Below, piece after piece: positions 61,127-64,000 of a DNA stretch of 64,000 nucleotides. Each line of letters starts with the position of its first letter. Within the stretch, counting starts at the first letter, position 1. A program made the position numbers and the translations under genes. Location of the stretch: NCBI GenBank assembly GCA_038243585.1, contig JBBSQY010000013.1, forward strand, positions 1 through 64,000. Direction: 5' to 3'. A model generated the notes under the pieces. The model was not told the DNA's origin, searched no databases, and saw nothing but the letters and a program-made list of their open reading frames with translations. Source of the stretch: Candidatus Sumerlaeales bacterium (GTDB lineage: Bacteria; Sumerlaeota; Sumerlaeia; Sumerlaeales; Sumerlaeaceae).

Positions 61127-62557
61127 TTATATTTCCTGCACCATCGCCAGTTGCTCTTTCTCTATAAATACGTCAGAAATCTTGTGCAGCGGACGGAGGG
61201 GCACAGCCGACTCGTGGCAGAATTCGATCACACGGAGAATAACTAGATATTCCAGCGTCAGCCGCTCCATAGGATAATCGTAATAAACCCGAACACTTGT
61301 AGAAAACGTTTGATCAAAAATATCGGCCATCACCGGAACCCGAATTCGTTCCAAATCAGGCTGCTGAAACATATCAAACTGCAGTTTTAACTGCCGGCGT
61401 TCCGTAAGCTGCTGTTCGAAATACGCGCAGCGATCCTTCCAGAAATCCAGAACCTGTTGAATAACGTGCAGTGCCCACCCGATACCGCTTTCCTCTAAGT
61501 CAATACAGATGGGTTCATACACATTAACATCGTCCGCATGAAGGCGCTGGCGAACATTCAGCGTTTCCGTTACAGAAAACTTCCACAGCTTCAGCCGCGA
61601 ATTCACATCCGAAAACACGTCCACCTGCACGGCGGCGCAAAACTTAGCCTGGCTAAGCAGAAACAGTTCCATTACAAACTGAGAAAATTGATATCGGGTA
61701 TCCGCCGTCATCAGGGCAAAAAAGTTGCTCTCGGCGGCCGTCCATTCCAGAAACTCAATATCATATCGCCCCAGCATCTCAGACGACGCCTGATGCAACC
61801 AGGCCACGCCCTCAAACGGCATGGAGCCAGCATTGCGATTAACAGAAAGAATGCGAGCTGTTCGATTATCCAGAAAATTTGTACGCAGGCGCAGTTCAGG
61901 TTCCTGTAAACCCATAAGAAGATCATACAGAAAAAGCAAAATTACCTTTTGCATCAATACCTGCATAAATGCCGGCGTAGCGCTGGTACGGGCACCAATT
62001 CCCACTTTCCATAAATCCAGCCACCGGGCAAATTCCTCTGCGCGCTGGCTGTTGGATTTCCTTTCGCATTTGTTCCAGATGCCAGCTAGGTCAAGGCCAT
62101 CAGAGGCAGGTTGCAGAAAAACCTCGTCTAGTCCGCCATAATCGTTTCCCCAGCGTATCAGCTCTTCGAGGTTCGAATCATACAGGAAAAAGCTTTTTTT
62201 GCCTATAAACAAGATATACGGGATTTCACAATGCGGTTTCAGCCGAAGCATCGTCTCCGCAATAAAAGCATTTTTATCCACATACTGCTCAAACAACTCA
62301 TGAAACTGTGGCAACTCCGCCGCGACAGTGTAGATAAGACAGAACGGCCGAGTATCGAACTGCGGCTGACTTACAACACAAGGGGGAAACCGACGCATTC
62401 CGCCCCGAACAACAGCAGACAAATCCCTGCCCGCCTCGCTCTGAACTCCGTCCGGAGCGTGTACCGGATTCAGGTTCATAGCCAGCGTCTCAGGCTCACC
62501 TCGACGGTCTTGCCGCAGGTCATCCATGGATTGCCAGAATCGTTCGAACAGGTTCAT
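61127..62557 (-). CDS. hypothetical protein resembling a degenerate Type IIG restriction-modification enzyme N-terminal half
   Basis: 476-aa ORF with colinear remnants of Eco57I-like segments; no intact DPACGSG or NPPY motif. Confidence 0.6.
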   Translation of the reverse strand: MNLFERFWQSMDDLRQDRRGEPETLAMNLNPVHAPDGVQSEAGRDLSAVVRGGMRRFPPCVVSQPQFDTRPFCLIYTVAAELPQFHELFEQYVDKNAFIAETMLRLKPHCEIPYILFIGKKSFFLYDSNLEELIRWGNDYGGLDEVFLQPASDGLDLAGIWNKCERKSNSQRAEEFARWLDLWKVGIGARTSATPAFMQVLMQKVILLFLYDLLMGLQEPELRLRTNFLDNRTARILSVNRNAGSMPFEGVAWLHQASSEMLGRYDIEFLEWTAAESNFFALMTADTRYQFSQFVMELFLLSQAKFCAAVQVDVFSDVNSRLKLWKFSVTETLNVRQRLHADDVNVYEPICIDLEESGIGWALHVIQQVLDFWKDRCAYFEQQLTERRQLKLQFDMFQQPDLERIRVPVMADIFDQTFSTSVRVYYDYPMERLTLEYLVILRVIEFCHESAVPLRPLHKISDVFIEKEQLAMVQEI

Positions 62558-62691
62558 TGGTCTGGCTGATCAATTCGTGCTATGCGCTCTGCTATGCAAG
62601 AGGAAACGCAGACTAAATTCTTAAACAAGTTGCCTGCTTGCTGTAGATTTACAAGAAATGTAGTTTATCCGACCGAAAAAGGGAGATTAGA

Positions 62692-62970
62692 ATGCCTGAA
62701 CGACTGAGTGATTTCGAAGTAGAAAAAAAACTTGCTGACCTGCCCGGGTGGTCAAAACAAGGCGATCAGATCGAAAAGGAGTATAAATTTAAGGATTTTG
62801 TGGAAGCTCTAAAGTTCGTTAATAGAGTTGGCGAGGAAGCTGAAAAGATGGATCACCACCCTGATTTATTCATCCACGACTGGAATCAGGTCAAGATGAC
62901 TCTAAGCACCCACTCCGCAAAAGGCTTAACCGCAAACGACTTTGAGCTTGCTCATCGGGCCGATCGCTGA
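62692..62970 (+). CDS. pterin-4-alpha-carbinolamine dehydratase
   Basis: FKDF, AE..DHHPD and STHSAKGLT.ND motifs; GGGAG RBS. Confidence 0.95.
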   Translation: MPERLSDFEVEKKLADLPGWSKQGDQIEKEYKFKDFVEALKFVNRVGEEAEKMDHHPDLFIHDWNQVKMTLSTHSAKGLTANDFELAHRADR

Positions 62971-62984
62971 ATACCTCTATCCTT

Positions 62985-63335
62985 ATGGACACAAGCGATA
63001 GTACTAACATGGAAATGGACCCGCGGGAAGTAGAAAACCTGCTTAAAGAGCAATCATCTTCTTTTCAGCTTGTTGATGTGCGGGAAGATTGGGAATTAGT
63101 CAAAGGTACACTTCCTGGCGCGCTACATGTGCCACTGTCGAAGTTTACTGACTATCAGGACCAGTGGAAATCGAACGTATCGTACATTGTTTACTGCGAA
63201 CATGGAGTACGAAGTTTGGATGTTGTCATGTGGCTGGCTCAGAACAAAGGAATTCAAGCGAAGTCCATGCGCGGTGGATATACAGTCTGGCGTGGTCCTG
63301 TAGAGACCAGCCTTGGTGGCAGCATCAACCCGTGA
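62985..63335 (+). CDS. rhodanese-like domain protein
   Basis: LVDVREDWE, YCEHGVRS and GG...W motifs. Confidence 0.9.
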   Translation: MDTSDSTNMEMDPREVENLLKEQSSSFQLVDVREDWELVKGTLPGALHVPLSKFTDYQDQWKSNVSYIVYCEHGVRSLDVVMWLAQNKGIQAKSMRGGYTVWRGPVETSLGGSINP

Positions 63336-64000
63336 AGGGTATATTTATAACAGGCACAGATACAGGCGTTGGCAAAACCGTGGCGACTGCGACGTTGTGT
63401 CGAATTTTGCGCTCTCGTGGTGTGGACGCTGTGGCTCTCAAGCCTTTTGCAACTGGCATATCCCTGGCAACCCGGTGGCAGGATAACGATCCACTTGTAT
63501 TGTCCGCCGCCATGGATTATATAGAACAGCCTCAAGAGGTTTCGTCAGTGAACCTCTCCCCACCCCTCAGCCCATATGACGCGGCACGAGTTACGGGCAT
63601 CAACCTCGACTTTAATGCCATAATAAAAACTCTTAATATCGTTGCCGTACGTCATTCCTTTGCTATAATCGAAGGCGTCGGCGGAGTTTGTGTCCCAATA
63701 ACTGATCAACTGGTTATCGCTGATTTTATAAAGTGCTTAGATATCCCGGCACTGGTAGTAGCCAGGTCTACAATAGGCACCATAAACCACAGCCTGCTAA
63801 CCATCCGGGCGCTGCGGCAATCAGGCGTCGACGTAAACGGCGTAGTATTCATGCGCGCGGCGCGAGGAGAGTTTTCCCTAGATGAGATAGTTGGCCCCGA
63901 AACCGCCTGCCGCTTTGCGCAAACGAAGAATTTTGGCCTTATCGATTATTCCGACGACCTTAATCAGGCACAAACGTTGGAAGATTTCGTCAACGCACTG
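63332..64000 (+). CDS. bioD: dethiobiotin synthase (partial, runs off window end)
   Basis: Not in the ORF track. GTG 63332 gives MKGIFITGTDTGVGKT...KP..TG...IEGVGG...GTINH; GTGA overlap with the upstream stop. Confidence 0.94.
   Translation, partial: MKGIFITGTDTGVGKTVATATLCRILRSRGVDAVALKPFATGISLATRWQDNDPLVLSAAMDYIEQPQEVSSVNLSPPLSPYDAARVTGINLDFNAIIKTLNIVAVRHSFAIIEGVGGVCVPITDQLVIADFIKCLDIPALVVARSTIGTINHSLLTIRALRQSGVDVNGVVFMRAARGEFSLDEIVGPETACRFAQTKNFGLIDYSDDLNQAQTLEDFVNAL

Noticed and set aside
1..64000. CRISPR arrays, rRNA, tmRNA, RNase P RNA, SRP RNA, classical riboswitches
   Set aside because: No repeat-spacer periodicity or diagnostic motifs were seen by eye. A covariance-model scan would be needed to exclude divergent RNAs.

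Overview
This 64-kb window is gene-dense core chromosome from a diderm bacterium (lptB, kdsD), with mid-range GC by eye. The combination of McsB, MglA, a GspG-domain protein, a PGN-loop EF-P and many glycan-active enzymes suggests a PVC-like or Sumerlaeota(BRC1)-like lineage, but that is inference only. It holds about 57 protein genes. These cover cofactor synthesis (coaD, thiE, thiL, nadD, ribF, bioD), translation (efp, an rRNA pseudouridine synthase), galactose and glycan metabolism, envelope glycosyltransferases, recN, nrdR and catalase. There are also three tRNAs (Thr-GGT, Arg-ACG, Gly-TCC). I saw no prophage, IS, integrase or CRISPR array. Most worth follow-up: (1) a DnaD-like wHTH gene plus a DnaC/DnaI-like helicase loader inside a housekeeping operon; (2) an apparently degenerate Type IIG restriction-modification-like protein; (3) two unannotated structured ncRNA candidates, one with an ECF-type promoter and an exposed anti-Shine-Dalgarno motif; (4) a stand-alone Cys/Pro-repeat secreted peptide with a sigma54-type promoter; (5) an orphan MglA with a long C-terminal domain next to a GspG-domain protein lacking a prepilin leader; (6) an EF-P lacking the modifiable Lys; (7) a frameshifted PhyH gene. 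All calls come from motif recognition by eye; no searches were run.
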